IMG/VR virus record: IMGVR_UViG_3300037234_000959
Reading direction: 5' to 3' (one strand)
DNA length: 64,000 nt
Source of the DNA: an uncultured virus (IMG/VR IMGVR_UViG_3300037234_000959)
Taxonomy: Duplodnaviria; Heunggongvirae; Uroviricota; Caudoviricetes
The translations under genes were made by a program, and so were the position numbers. Below the pieces are notes generated by a model. The model had not been told where the DNA came from. It worked only from the letters and a program-made list of their open reading frames with translations, and made no database searches. This document shows positions 19,533-30,154 of this stretch, piece after piece. Every line of letters starts with the position of its first letter. The first letter of the stretch is position 1.

Positions 19533-20213
19533 TCACATACTACATTTAACTGTTTCCGATTTTTGAACAATAGGGCTACCCGTGAAATGACACGTAGTTG
19601 CGGCTGTTAGTACCCCTACTACCGGTGCCCCATCGGCTCCTATGATCTCTACCTGTTCGCCTTGAACCGTAGTTTTCCCTGTAGCAATAATATTTGCGTC
19701 GCCCGTAACCGTGATGGTCAGTTTACCACCTATTGTTACACCACCGTCACCAACGACCTCAAGCGTGTCCCCGGCCGCAACATAAACAGAACGATTTCCG
19801 TCCTTATCTATACTCTCATGTGTCCCTCTAAATTTACGATAAGATCTTGGAGAGTTCGCGGAATCAGCTTGTATTTCATTGTTAGCTACAGGCAAGAAAG
19901 CTGTCACTATAGGATCAAAAAAATCCCCGTTAATAAAAGAGACCAGAACATTGTCGCCCTCTTCGGGTGTCACGGATCCGCCCTTAACCTTATTGCAGCT
20001 ATCCGAGGCAGCGATAGGCACGTCATGTATAACGCTATCTAGTTCGTCGTAAAGTTTAATACTTAAGACTGTCTGGTTGGTCTTATTTTCAGCACTGTCT
20101 TTAAGCTTTACCCCGCCGACAACTATCTTACCCCGCACAGGATAAAACATTTCCTGCATCCTCGTAACCACAGGGACTGGCCTCATTGTCTCTTGTTTTC
20201 TGTCACCTTCCAT
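19533..20213 (-). CDS. Baseplate spike (gpV/gp5-like)
   Basis: OB-fold PEEGDNVLVSFING..PIV, beta-helix, C-terminal CHFTG. Confidence 0.8.
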   Translation of the reverse strand: MEGDRKQETMRPVPVVTRMQEMFYPVRGKIVVGGVKLKDSAENKTNQTVLSIKLYDELDSVIHDVPIAASDSCNKVKGGSVTPEEGDNVLVSFINGDFFDPIVTAFLPVANNEIQADSANSPRSYRKFRGTHESIDKDGNRSVYVAAGDTLEVVGDGGVTIGGKLTITVTGDANIIATGKTTVQGEQVEIIGADGAPVVGVLTAATTCHFTGSPIVQKSETVKCSM

Positions 20214-21474
20214 GATCCTGCCCTCTTGTTACGCCCAACTTTGTAGTAAATTCAGGCCCCTCGATAGAGTAACTATTCGCTACCTGCTCAACGAAATACT
20301 CTTTATTTATTCCTACATGTAGCACCCCGTCACCCGCTCTTATTTCCGGGCTACCATGTATAACGAAATCACCACTTTCATATTCATGGTTTAGGTGCAT
20401 CCAGTTCCAAAAAGCCTCTGTACGGGTCTTTACTGCCGCCCTGGCATCGGTGCTACTTCCTTCATTTGATGCAGCTCTATTTTTAGCACCTCCCTCGGAA
20501 AAGAAAGGACTAAACACCGAAGAAGGCTTATAAGGTCTATATCCGTGGAGCCTTACCGATTCTTCGTCATACTTTACGCCATCACCCTTGAGGACAAGCG
20601 CATTTTCGTTGTTTTCCCCTAACTGCATCCCTAACGTAGTCTTGAAATAGATATAATTTATTAGCTCGCTATCACTACGGCCCACGTTTTCATCTACAAT
20701 GTCGACAGCATCAAACTCATGGAAGGTATTCCTTGATAGCTTGCCTGTCTCATCATTAAAGGGAGTTTTTTCAAGGCCAACATGAAATTTCCCGTCAGTG
20801 CCGGTGTAGGTATAGAGCGTATTGTAAGGGGCATTTTCTGCCAGCTTCATCGCAGCCCATACCGATCCAGTATCTCCAGTAACAACCATGTTTTCTTTCT
20901 GCCAATCATCGGGGGAGCTTATAGCATCGGGCAGTATCCATCCGTCCACCCAGTCCCCCAGCTGCTTCGTAAAAAACAGGTCATAAGCAGATTGAACTAA
21001 AGTATTTGGAGTCCCGGCCAAAAGATATCCGTTGAGCTTTTGATAATATGTAGTTGAGTCACCCAGGAACTTATCTACCTTGGCAACATCAAAACCGCAA
21101 TTATTATTGTTTAAGAGTTTACCGAAATCTTGACCTTGTATGCTTATCCTCTGTTCAGGACGTCCCTTATCATCAACCTTGATAACCCTGGCACAACGGC
21201 TCACCAGCCCTAACATGTCCGGCACCAAGCCATCAATTCCCCGTTTTGATAATTCTATCAAAATGATATCGTTCGGCATAAGTAAATCATCATACCTCTT
21301 GTCATCAATCCTTTTGATGAAAGTAGTCTGTATAGTAAAGCCTCCGAAACAGCGTCCATAGGTTTTAGACGTATCTATCTTGATAATATCGTCTGATATA
21401 TCTTCCTTCAGATATCCATTTGCCGCACGGAAGATAGTGACTCTATGCTTAGGATTGTAGGACTTGTAAAACAT
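20203..21474 (-). CDS. Baseplate hub protein
   Basis: GQDFGKLL motif, G.PEIRAG, C-terminal VTRG; follows tape measure. Confidence 0.75.
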   Translation of the reverse strand: MFYKSYNPKHRVTIFRAANGYLKEDISDDIIKIDTSKTYGRCFGGFTIQTTFIKRIDDKRYDDLLMPNDIILIELSKRGIDGLVPDMLGLVSRCARVIKVDDKGRPEQRISIQGQDFGKLLNNNNCGFDVAKVDKFLGDSTTYYQKLNGYLLAGTPNTLVQSAYDLFFTKQLGDWVDGWILPDAISSPDDWQKENMVVTGDTGSVWAAMKLAENAPYNTLYTYTGTDGKFHVGLEKTPFNDETGKLSRNTFHEFDAVDIVDENVGRSDSELINYIYFKTTLGMQLGENNENALVLKGDGVKYDEESVRLHGYRPYKPSSVFSPFFSEGGAKNRAASNEGSSTDARAAVKTRTEAFWNWMHLNHEYESGDFVIHGSPEIRAGDGVLHVGINKEYFVEQVANSYSIEGPEFTTKLGVTRGQDHGR

Positions 21475-23459
21475 TAACTAGGACTCCCACTTACGGATGG
21501 AGCAGACAAGGGGAGGGAGTCTAGCTTGCCTCCTGTTACGATTTTTTCAAGCAATATATTTGTTTTTTCTTGTTCCTCAACCATTTTACTACTATTTTCT
21601 TCAGATTTACCCCCGGTCTTTTGTGATTCAAATCTCTCGGCAAGATCTGCCGTACTAAGACCGCCGTCAATGCCACGAAACTTCTCACCTACTGCCGCGT
21701 CAATCGCTACATTTTTATCAGATTTACCCCCGGTCTTTTGTGATTCAAATCTCTCGGCAAGATCTGCCGTACTAAAACCGCCAGAAACGCCACGAAATTC
21801 CTCACCTACTGCCGCGCCAATCGTTACATTTTTAAGTGTTTTTAAGGCATCGGTCACAGTACTAACTGGCGCCCCTGCCCTTATCTTCAACCTTTCAGCC
21901 TCAGCGGTGGTCTCCATAACGGAAGTAACAGCAAGCTTACCTTCGTATTTCGCTATCCTTTCCGGAGCATCTTTCTCCTTTTTTAGGGCTTCGAGGGCTT
22001 GTGAAGGGGCTCTGTCAACCATCTCTTTAAACCCTGGAGTACCGAGGATATCAGCCTGCTTTGTTGATAGTTCTCCAAACATTGCGCTCAGGTGAGACTT
22101 ACCAATGACAGACAATCCGCCTTCTTTGCTTTTACCCCATTGCTCGTAGGCCAAGTCAAGGATGCCTTTGAGATTTTCAGGGTCCTGCAGACCCTTTTCC
22201 ATTTGGCCCCTAAACTCCCACATCTCTTGAGCGGTTCCCACCTTATCAGCCCCGAGGGCTTTTTGCATGAAAAGCCTACCGCCTACGCCTTGTCCGCCTG
22301 TAGTTATCCCCCTATTTATCTGGGCAAGCATGTCAATCCCGCTTTGCCCCTTGCCTATCATACCAGGCAAAGATTCTAAGTACATTTGCAGCTTATTGAG
22401 GTTTTGGGCTTCTCCAGCCGTGACGGCCGCCCCCCCCGTATTCTTTGCGGCCATCGTCAAGAGTTGCTGAGACCCTTGCATTATTTCTTCTATTCTCCCC
22501 CTGGCACCCAGTGCCGTCGCGGTATCTCTCAGTAATTCTAAATGAGTTTTAAGTTCTTTACCTTGCCAGCCAGTAGCTTGATAAGTACCCCCTGCAAAGC
22601 CAGCCGTGGTACTGGCCTCTATGCCTACCGAACGGGAAAACTCCTTAGCCATTTCCGTGGCTAAGTCTAAGGCAACCCCTCCCATACCTGTAGTTTTGCC
22701 AAGCGCACCAGACAGGCGTAGACTTTCTATAGGCGTGTAACCGAGTGAGGCCTTTGCTCCGCCCGTACCACCTCGCATCTTAAGTGCGGCTTCTTCACTT
22801 GAAAAAGTCTCAAACTCCTTACCTGCTGCCCCTAAATACTTATAAATAGCTCCTGCAGTCAACACCCCAGCAAGAGGCCCGAGCATTTTCTTGCCCATCC
22901 CCATCCAATCAGTGCCTTGCGACCCCATACCGCCAAGCCTTTCGGCCTGCTCCCCGTAGCGCCCCCTTACGCCCTCAAACTGCCTTTCTTTTTTGCCGAA
23001 ATCATATTGGCTGCGATAAGCTTTAATCTGAGAACCCAGAAGAGTAGAACGCTCCTGTCTCTGAATGAATTCTGCGGGGGATTCAAAACCCTTAGGCTTC
23101 TTGTCGAGTTTTACTTTTTCACGGATAAGCTTACCCATTTCAGAGCGGGCATTGCTTAATTCTTTACTGTAGACGGACATATTGTCCGTTACTTGTTTGG
23201 AGAGGCGTGTTGCGTCTTGTAGTTGTTGTTTGTCGAGCAGTCCGCCTTGACGTTCGCCCTTGGTGGCTAGGCCCCGCATTTTACGGATGTCTTCAGTCAT
23301 CTTCCGGATTAAACCGGAAGACTCCTCTAGCCCTTCACCGCCAGGCGTAAGACTTTTCTTGCCAGTCTCATCCAGTTCCTTATTAAGGACCTCGACCTCT
23401 TTCTTGGCCGAAACGACTTGCCCTGTATTAACTAATACCTTGACGCCCAGATCAGCCAT
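21474..23459 (-). CDS. Tape measure protein
   Basis: Long helical Gly/Ala-rich protein after the tail chaperones. Confidence 0.75.
   Translation of the reverse strand: MADLGVKVLVNTGQVVSAKKEVEVLNKELDETGKKSLTPGGEGLEESSGLIRKMTEDIRKMRGLATKGERQGGLLDKQQLQDATRLSKQVTDNMSVYSKELSNARSEMGKLIREKVKLDKKPKGFESPAEFIQRQERSTLLGSQIKAYRSQYDFGKKERQFEGVRGRYGEQAERLGGMGSQGTDWMGMGKKMLGPLAGVLTAGAIYKYLGAAGKEFETFSSEEAALKMRGGTGGAKASLGYTPIESLRLSGALGKTTGMGGVALDLATEMAKEFSRSVGIEASTTAGFAGGTYQATGWQGKELKTHLELLRDTATALGARGRIEEIMQGSQQLLTMAAKNTGGAAVTAGEAQNLNKLQMYLESLPGMIGKGQSGIDMLAQINRGITTGGQGVGGRLFMQKALGADKVGTAQEMWEFRGQMEKGLQDPENLKGILDLAYEQWGKSKEGGLSVIGKSHLSAMFGELSTKQADILGTPGFKEMVDRAPSQALEALKKEKDAPERIAKYEGKLAVTSVMETTAEAERLKIRAGAPVSTVTDALKTLKNVTIGAAVGEEFRGVSGGFSTADLAERFESQKTGGKSDKNVAIDAAVGEKFRGIDGGLSTADLAERFESQKTGGKSEENSSKMVEEQEKTNILLEKIVTGGKLDSLPLSAPSVSGSPS
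21601..21833. repeat. 117-bp (39-aa) tandem duplication in tape measure
   Basis: TCAGATTTACCCCCGGTC begins at both 21601 and 21718. Confidence 0.9.
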
Positions 23460-23823
23460 GTTTCACCTTCGCTACCGCCTCAAATTCGCCAAATAATTCT
23501 TTTTCGAGATCAACTTTTTCGCCGCGCTCTATTTTTGAGATAATATCATCCATAACATCGTCACCAGTTAAAGATAAAGGCTCGCCATCTTGATTTTTGC
23601 AAGTGATACATCCTGTCCTATGCGTTTTTGTCTCGCATTGAGGACAAGTCTTAATTGCTTCCCCGTTATAAACCAGCCAACATTCATATTCATAAATAAT
23701 ATCCTCATCGGTCATGCTTAAGTATCTAGGGTCGGTCGGAGGCAACCTATAGTGGCATCTAAACCAGAATCTATGCCCGTTCCCTTCTGAGTCAGCCTTT
23801 TCGGCTAATTCATTAAGGTTGAA
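23452..23823 (-). CDS. Tail assembly chaperone, frameshift extension
   Basis: Frame open from 23823: FNLNELAEK...FWFRCHYRLPPTDPRYL; no good start codon of its own. Confidence 0.65.
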   Translation of the reverse strand, partial: FNLNELAEKADSEGNGHRFWFRCHYRLPPTDPRYLSMTDEDIIYEYECWLVYNGEAIKTCPQCETKTHRTGCITCKNQDGEPLSLTGDDVMDDIISKIERGEKVDLEKELFGEFEAVAKVKHG

Positions 23824-24178
23824 ACGTGGCTAGCCAGTCGGCCACCTCCTTGTAAGCGGCATTTATAGCAGGCTGATCTGTATCATAAGTTGTCGTGGCA
23901 TTAAACCAGTCGGGGATCTTCTCACCAATAACCTTAAACTTTGTAAAAATATAGTTGTTATTGCCGGCTTCAATTCTTATTTGGTCGGCGTCAACTCGTC
24001 CATACTTATTGAGGTTGGCCGCATCCATTATGGATATTTCAGTTTCATCGGCTAAGGTAGGTCGTCTTACGCGGAATTCCCCGGCATAGTTATCGCCGAA
24101 AGGTAGCTTGGTGGATGGATTGATTAATTTATCTATAGAAAATATTTTTATATTATCTAACATATTGGCTCCTATCAT
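23813..24178 (-). CDS. Tail assembly chaperone
   Basis: G.FRVRRPTL...PDWF; lies between tube and tape measure. Confidence 0.7.
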   Translation of the reverse strand: MIGANMLDNIKIFSIDKLINPSTKLPFGDNYAGEFRVRRPTLADETEISIMDAANLNKYGRVDADQIRIEAGNNNYIFTKFKVIGEKIPDWFNATTTYDTDQPAINAAYKEVADWLATFQP

Positions 24179-24223
24179 TTAAAGATCAATTAAAATTCAT
24201 TTACAACTACAGGCTGTAAATAT

Positions 24224-24245
24224 AGGCGGGGCCGAAACCCCGCCT
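24224..24245 (-). terminator. Hairpin after tail tube
   Basis: AGGCGGGG-CCGAAA-CCCCGCCT. Confidence 0.6.
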
Positions 24246-24260
24246 TGAATCACTCTTGAA

Positions 24261-24668
24261 TCACTTAAGCTTGCTTAGTGCCATACCAGAGGCATTTTCC
24301 ATGACAATGGCATGTTTACCGTAAGACCTACCAACGGTGTTTATTTTACACCCGCTATAATGCTCAAGGGTACGCCCGGAGATCTTGTCGTATATCTCCA
24401 GCTCAAACTCTACCCCCGTTAACGGGTTTGTGCTAGTTGGAGAGAAACCTTTATCAACAAGCCTGTCTCCGTAAACAAAAGACTTGGTAAGGTTAAAGGA
24501 ATAATCGGTTTCGCCATCGACTAATTCCTGCCCCTCCCTGTCCCCTATTCCGCTAAGCTTTTGCAGCCCGAACGAGTCATTAAAGTCAACATTCTGGACA
24601 ATTCCTATAACTTCCCCGTCGAGTTTAAGAACCGCTCTATTACCATGTACTGTGTTTTTGACAGCCAT
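24261..24668 (-). CDS. Tail tube protein
   Basis: 135 aa directly after sheath; tube-like motifs (GIG...E, Y.GCK). Confidence 0.8.
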   Translation of the reverse strand: MAVKNTVHGNRAVLKLDGEVIGIVQNVDFNDSFGLQKLSGIGDREGQELVDGETDYSFNLTKSFVYGDRLVDKGFSPTSTNPLTGVEFELEIYDKISGRTLEHYSGCKINTVGRSYGKHAIVMENASGMALSKLK

Positions 24669-24680
24669 TTATAGACCTCC

Positions 24681-26456
24681 CTATAATTGTACCGTAAAGA
24701 CGGTCGGTTTGAGATGATAAGTACTAAATATGTGGTTAATCGGCAATATAGGCTCGGCCTCATAATCAATGTATCTATTCAGACCATCAACCCTTAATTG
24801 AGTTTTCTCAGGATCAAAAGACCTTATTAGGTCAGAGGTCTTAGCGGCCTGAAGTATGGCATTGGTAATATTGAGGATTGTTTCATCAGCACCCTCAGTG
24901 CCTTCCTTGCCTATAAACCTAACATGACCGTTTCTTATCTCCCTGGCGATATAATTGACGCCTCTTCTTACAGAGTACTCAATTCTATGCGCATCGTCTG
25001 ACTGCAGCCATGTAGTTACCTGCCTTGAAACAACATACCCTGCCCCCAGTTCAGTATCAAGTATCGGGACAGCTCCCCCGTCGATAATCATCTCCTTGAT
25101 TTCCTCAATCCGGAGATCAACCTCGAGGCCAAGGCATCTGAGATATTTACGGGTCAAGGGCATGACAGGCGAACTCCCTGCCGCCATCCCTGCATACATG
25201 CAAGCAGTTATATAGGCAGGATACAGTTTGGCTACTCCATCAGGATCATAATGATAAGATCCCAGCCCAGCATGAACAGTGCAATCAGAGTTAAGGGCTT
25301 TAAATGCAGCTGTTAGCACTCCTAGAGCCGTAGTTCTCGCTTCCTCATTGCCCCAAACCTGCAAGGCGCCCCCGGTAAAGAAATCTCTTTCGCTTTTCCC
25401 GTCAGGCCCGCTCATATAACTGCAATGACTATCTCCCATTGCATGTATCGAGGCGCTGGAAGAAAGAGCTACTATGATGTCAACATCCACGGTCTTGAGC
25501 AGGTCAAAGGCTGTCTGCCAGTCACTGTTAGCCGTTACACCATCTGCACCACTTGCAAGGTACGTCCAGTCAATATTAGTCGGCACGGTGCCAGCATCGG
25601 CAATCCTTGTCGCACTAACGTATGCTGATTGAGTCGTTGCACCTCCTGTGGCATTCAGAGCATCTATGATAGATTGCAGATCGGCTTTTACCGTATAAGC
25701 CGCAGTCTTAATATCCTCAGCCGTCACGGTATCAAGTTCCATACCGAGGTCAGTTTTTGGCCGGTCAGTTTTTATGACCACCGTATAGACTCCGGTCGCG
25801 ATTATCGCATCGGTCAAAGACTGTATAGTGGTATACACATTCAAGTCCAGACTGAGGTCATCGGCAGGCGCCCCCGTGCAAGCAGTTGTGAGTAAATGTG
25901 TTGCAGCCGAAATATTGATCGTCATCGCCGCCGCCGATCCAGCCCCTGTATACTCAATCGTAAACGATTCCTTCTCGATATTATCGAAAATCTCTGTTTC
26001 GTCCTCGTATGCAACAGATATCTTCTTGCCTACAATGGTTCCAGCCTCTATCTTCGCCTTTACCTGGTTTGATGGCACTCCGTATATAAAACTTGTGAGT
26101 GTCAGCACATCTGCCGCCGCACCATCCTTAAATGTCTTGGATGCCCTTACCGCCGGATTCACAGGAACGAAGTCAACAGAACTTGCTCCTGGTACTTCAC
26201 TTCCAGGTGAAGGGTCAAACAGCAATTGTGCTGCAAGCCTTGCCTCTTCAGAATTGGGGTGCATAAGTGTCTGTGCGAGTGATGGACTACCTACCGTTTT
26301 GATCTTTTGGGGCTCCATAAGGCCTATCATCTCGCCAAGGACAACAACTCTGCCAGCTGCTCCGAGTTGAACCCGATTCAATCCGGCAGAATCAACCTCG
26401 GATGCTGCCTGCGGAATAACATAATATTTACCATTCCAAAGCGTTCCCTTTCCCAT
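24681..26456 (-). CDS. Tail sheath protein
   Basis: 591 aa with sheath motifs (L..G.DG, LTRK, VTT, PIN.I). Confidence 0.9.
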   Translation of the reverse strand: MGKGTLWNGKYYVIPQAASEVDSAGLNRVQLGAAGRVVVLGEMIGLMEPQKIKTVGSPSLAQTLMHPNSEEARLAAQLLFDPSPGSEVPGASSVDFVPVNPAVRASKTFKDGAAADVLTLTSFIYGVPSNQVKAKIEAGTIVGKKISVAYEDETEIFDNIEKESFTIEYTGAGSAAAMTINISAATHLLTTACTGAPADDLSLDLNVYTTIQSLTDAIIATGVYTVVIKTDRPKTDLGMELDTVTAEDIKTAAYTVKADLQSIIDALNATGGATTQSAYVSATRIADAGTVPTNIDWTYLASGADGVTANSDWQTAFDLLKTVDVDIIVALSSSASIHAMGDSHCSYMSGPDGKSERDFFTGGALQVWGNEEARTTALGVLTAAFKALNSDCTVHAGLGSYHYDPDGVAKLYPAYITACMYAGMAAGSSPVMPLTRKYLRCLGLEVDLRIEEIKEMIIDGGAVPILDTELGAGYVVSRQVTTWLQSDDAHRIEYSVRRGVNYIAREIRNGHVRFIGKEGTEGADETILNITNAILQAAKTSDLIRSFDPEKTQLRVDGLNRYIDYEAEPILPINHIFSTYHLKPTVFTVQL

Positions 26457-26458
26457 TT

Positions 26459-26701
26459 TTATTTGCCTCCCTTATTTTGCTTAAGCCATGCGGCCCATGA
26501 CATTTTCACTGGCTGCGATTTGAAAAGATTATACAGTTCAGTCCAGCTTGATTTAGGCTTCCTGCCTCCATCTGAAGACATAAGCTGCGCAAAGGCGCTC
26601 TTCATTTCAACTTCTTTGTTTGATACGGAGGATAGAAATTCATTCAAAGGAATATCGAATTCCTTAACCTCCTTCTTTATGCCTTTTTCCGCTTTTGCCA
26701 T
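26459..26701 (-). CDS. Small protein upstream of sheath
   Basis: GGAGG RBS; position typical of myoviral tails. Confidence 0.6.
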   Translation of the reverse strand: MAKAEKGIKKEVKEFDIPLNEFLSSVSNKEVEMKSAFAQLMSSDGGRKPKSSWTELYNLFKSQPVKMSWAAWLKQNKGGK

Positions 26702-26722
26702 AAACCCTCCTTTAAAAAACTT

Positions 26723-27385
26723 TTATAATGCGGTATTTATTCCTTCTTTGTACACCCCTAATGGAGCGATTTGCTTATACCATGTATGTGCCACCTTAGC
26801 CGACATAGTAAGCCTCCTTGCAAACATATCAACTGGCTGCATGTCAGGGGCAAGCGCAAGGTCAGCCAAGGATAAATCAATCTCCTGCACCCCCATTGTG
26901 GCGAAAGAGTCTAAATTATCCAGTATTACATGTCTGCATAAAATAGATAGGTATTCCGCTTCAATAGGATTTTTACATACAATATCAACATTCCATTGAC
27001 CGGTTGCAAAATAGCCATATTCATGTTTATACGCTACAACTTCCTCTGATTCATTTAAGACTTCGGTAGAGCATCCAGTAGCATCGCCCAACCCTCGCCC
27101 AGCAGTTCCTTCACTTCCAGTTGAGATAGCTATCTGAGGAAAAGATGCGTCCAAACGTGGAAAATGCGGCAAGATATAGAGATAGTTCTTGTCATCGTCA
27201 CGCTCTTGCAGGTTATCAGTGATCTCCAACCCGTTAAGGTAATTTACGATCTCACATCTTCGACTGTCATTCCATGACGGCTCTTCGAATATCTCCTTGA
27301 TCAGATCAGTCGGGTTATCCTGTACAGCTGCCAGTGATGACATGAAGAGATCTGAAAGATATAATTTTAAACTTGGATATCCCAC
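26723..27385 (-). CDS. Tail terminator/completion protein
   Basis: FPR...FPQIAI motif; position before sheath. Confidence 0.6.
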   Translation of the reverse strand: MGYPSLKLYLSDLFMSSLAAVQDNPTDLIKEIFEEPSWNDSRRCEIVNYLNGLEITDNLQERDDDKNYLYILPHFPRLDASFPQIAISTGSEGTAGRGLGDATGCSTEVLNESEEVVAYKHEYGYFATGQWNVDIVCKNPIEAEYLSILCRHVILDNLDSFATMGVQEIDLSLADLALAPDMQPVDMFARRLTMSAKVAHTWYKQIAPLGVYKEGINTAL

Positions 27386-28144
27386 TTATCTTACCCCTAT
27401 ATGCATACCGACTGATACCTGATCAAGATCAATAATATCCATTATTGCCGCGTCCCTCACCATCTTTTCCACTCCAGGTCGACAGTAATCTGCTACATGC
27501 GCGGCAACCTTATACGCTGGGTTGCCCGGATGCCACCAGGCACCAGAGGGTGAACTGTCGGAGACCACCCTGAAGGTCATGTACTTACTTTGAGTCTTTT
27601 CACCATACTTCTTTTCAACCTTCTTCATCCCTTCATAGATTCCGCTACGATGAGGGCTACCTGTTACTTTATTTGCTCTTGCTGGATATGTCTTCTCGGT
27701 TCCTCTTAATCTCTGTCCTGGCTTTAAGCGCATCGCCTTCTTTAAAATACTGGCGGGCATCACCCCAGAAAAGTGCTGATTTACACTGGCTCCGCCCGGC
27801 GTTCTGTGCCTAAAGGGGATAATATTGTATCTTCCTCCCCCTTTGGAGCTCCTGGCCTTTGGCCCACCAAGGAGCATAGGCTTCATATCCCAAGGCGCCT
27901 TGCCGTCTTCAAAGTCTATAGCCACTTGTTTAGTTGCCAGAACATGGCCCTCAAAACGGCCTGAGTTCGGAAGATTTAATTGCCTGCCTATAATAATACT
28001 GTCGGCCGCTTCCCTTCTCCTGTTAATGTTTGCCTTGATTACCGGTAAGCCTGGGATAGTCCCCATGTAAGCTTGCTGCCAAGTTGCAAACACGTAATTT
28101 GCAGCAAGAGCAACGGCACCTTCTATATTTTTAAGCTCACTCAC
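27386..28144 (-). CDS. Neck/tail completion protein
   Basis: PWDMKP, IIPFRH and YMTFRVVSD.S...WWHPG motifs of Herelleviridae-like neck proteins. Confidence 0.7.
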   Translation of the reverse strand: MSELKNIEGAVALAANYVFATWQQAYMGTIPGLPVIKANINRRREAADSIIIGRQLNLPNSGRFEGHVLATKQVAIDFEDGKAPWDMKPMLLGGPKARSSKGGGRYNIIPFRHRTPGGASVNQHFSGVMPASILKKAMRLKPGQRLRGTEKTYPARANKVTGSPHRSGIYEGMKKVEKKYGEKTQSKYMTFRVVSDSSPSGAWWHPGNPAYKVAAHVADYCRPGVEKMVRDAAIMDIIDLDQVSVGMHIGVR

Positions 28145-28773
28145 GGAATATGCCTTTGTCTCAAGAAAACCTTAGAGCCGATATCCTCACCGTGGCTTAT
28201 CCTTGTAGATGGAGGAATGAAGGCTATCCATTCAATGTATGCCTTATACTTAACGGTATAGCGAATTCCAGTTGCCGGCTTACTCCCTTCTACCGGTTTA
28301 TCTTGCCAGACCCACTCAATGAGCTTGCCGTTAAACTGAAAGTCTATATTTTCCTTATAGACAATTTTGTTTTCATCCCGGAGATAAATGTTTGACACGG
28401 CCTCATAGTAGAGCGTATCGTAATCATCATTTCCCCTTATAATGGCATCGCCCTCACCGTATGGTAGCGGCCATGTAAATATTATCTTGTCATGCTCAGA
28501 GACAGTATCGCTTGTAAGGGGGCTGAAGATACAGTCTCCTGGATAGAAAAGTCCCGATTCTAAAAGCTTCCGATTGCCCGAGATACTTGTTATGAGCCCG
28601 ACAATCTCTTTTTCGTCCTCATGCGTATAACCCTCACCCTTGCAGTTTGAGCATCCTGGTTCTGGCTGGCCTTCTTTATTGGCCATGCACCAACAGCGAA
28701 GGCCTACAAGATGCCTGACCGTCTCCCCCTCGGTGACAACAAAGCCATCTATGGGAACGGGATCTATAGGCAT
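28141..28773 (-). CDS. Head completion/neck protein
   Basis: CWC...C..C.G.GY N-terminus. Confidence 0.65.
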   Translation of the reverse strand: MPIDPVPIDGFVVTEGETVRHLVGLRCWCMANKEGQPEPGCSNCKGEGYTHEDEKEIVGLITSISGNRKLLESGLFYPGDCIFSPLTSDTVSEHDKIIFTWPLPYGEGDAIIRGNDDYDTLYYEAVSNIYLRDENKIVYKENIDFQFNGKLIEWVWQDKPVEGSKPATGIRYTVKYKAYIEWIAFIPPSTRISHGEDIGSKVFLRQRHIP

Positions 28774-30140
28774 TACATTATCACCATGGAGATGCCCCTG
28801 TTTTTGCCCCTAAGCCGTGCCTTATTATTTTTAATCCAGTCGGAATATTCTTTTGTCGTCGCTGAATAGATCCCGAAAGTAGCACTGGATGTATAAGAAA
28901 CGGAGCGGCTTACACCATCCTTGCTGTTCGACTCAGAAGCAAAGCCTGCCCTGTAAGCTTGACCTGCCACTGTTAGCAAGGGTATGGCCGCCGTATATCC
29001 AATATATTTCAAGATATCGCCTGTTATTTTATCCAGGCCGGCAACGCCCTTGTATCTCCAAAAACCAGGTATACATTCACGACGTCCAAAGAAGTTGATA
29101 TGCTGCCAGAATGTCCAGTATTGCGAATACTCGGTGTTGTGAGGCAAGATATCCAGCCCCCCGCTTTTATCATTAACAACAAGTGCTCCGCTTCTTATTT
29201 CAAGAGCAGCCGTATCTCCCACATAACCGGTAACCTCGGTTATCTTCCTCACCCTGTTTAATGGCAGGTTGATATGCCATGCCAGTAGATTCATGTTGAA
29301 GGCATCGGCATAGAAAGCCGTTGTGGGTACTTTATGATCAAACCATTCGCCAGCCTCAGGGTTGGACCAGTACGGCTCCGTTGCTACCCTTTTAGGCTCA
29401 AGAAAACAGTCAAAGTAAGATTCTATCTCAGAAACGGACTTCTTGATCTCTTCACGGATTGTTTCATCGGTCATCTCTTTAAGGGCTATAAGAATCGCCT
29501 CGGACGCATCCGCTTCAGGCAACTCAAAGTGATCTATATCAACCTCAATGTAGTTACCTCTTGTATCAGGCAATATCTCTACTGGAACCGAATCATTAAG
29601 AGTAACTGTTTGCCCCCCGCCCCAGCTCAGCTTACCGTTAACCTGATCGTAAACCAGATTATAGAGGCCTGCTACCGTTCCGCTCGACACCTCCGTGACC
29701 GTAACACCGGTAACAGATGTAGGCTGTTTTTTTGGATATTTTACTTCGGAGGCATAGAGAGTGGCACCATAAGTATAGCCGCTACGCATTTCATCAACGG
29801 TAATAATTGAAATATAAAGCGTTTCAGATTTGACCTCAAGAAGGTCTTGAACAGCCTTAACGAAATACTCCCCTTCAGTACAGAGTGCAAATTCATCGGC
29901 ATCCTGAATCTCGGTAATATCAAACTCTACGATCTCACCTTTTGGGTAGTCACCATCCAGTGTTATATCCTGAAAAGAAACTTCCAGGCCATCCTTCCGG
30001 CAAAGGGAGACCTTTACGGTCTCCCCTGCCAACCCAGTGGAGGGAGTTGGAAGAACACGAACTTTTATCTTTGAGCGCGATGGCTCAAAGCGCGAAAACT
30101 CGCTACGGTTAATCTTTAGTATGATACCAGTAAGTGCCAT
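28773..30140 (-). CDS. Head-tail adaptor/neck protein
   Basis: C-terminal S.SKDGVSRS.S.TSSA...YSA motif. Confidence 0.7.
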   Translation of the reverse strand: MALTGIILKINRSEFSRFEPSRSKIKVRVLPTPSTGLAGETVKVSLCRKDGLEVSFQDITLDGDYPKGEIVEFDITEIQDADEFALCTEGEYFVKAVQDLLEVKSETLYISIITVDEMRSGYTYGATLYASEVKYPKKQPTSVTGVTVTEVSSGTVAGLYNLVYDQVNGKLSWGGGQTVTLNDSVPVEILPDTRGNYIEVDIDHFELPEADASEAILIALKEMTDETIREEIKKSVSEIESYFDCFLEPKRVATEPYWSNPEAGEWFDHKVPTTAFYADAFNMNLLAWHINLPLNRVRKITEVTGYVGDTAALEIRSGALVVNDKSGGLDILPHNTEYSQYWTFWQHINFFGRRECIPGFWRYKGVAGLDKITGDILKYIGYTAAIPLLTVAGQAYRAGFASESNSKDGVSRSVSYTSSATFGIYSATTKEYSDWIKNNKARLRGKNRGISMVIM

Positions 30141-30154
30141 GGGCTACCTGTTGA

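Noticed and set aside
11772..30140. Stand-alone contractile injection system (eCIS/tailocin)
   Set aside because: Portal, protease, capsid and neck genes are present, so this is a phage tail.
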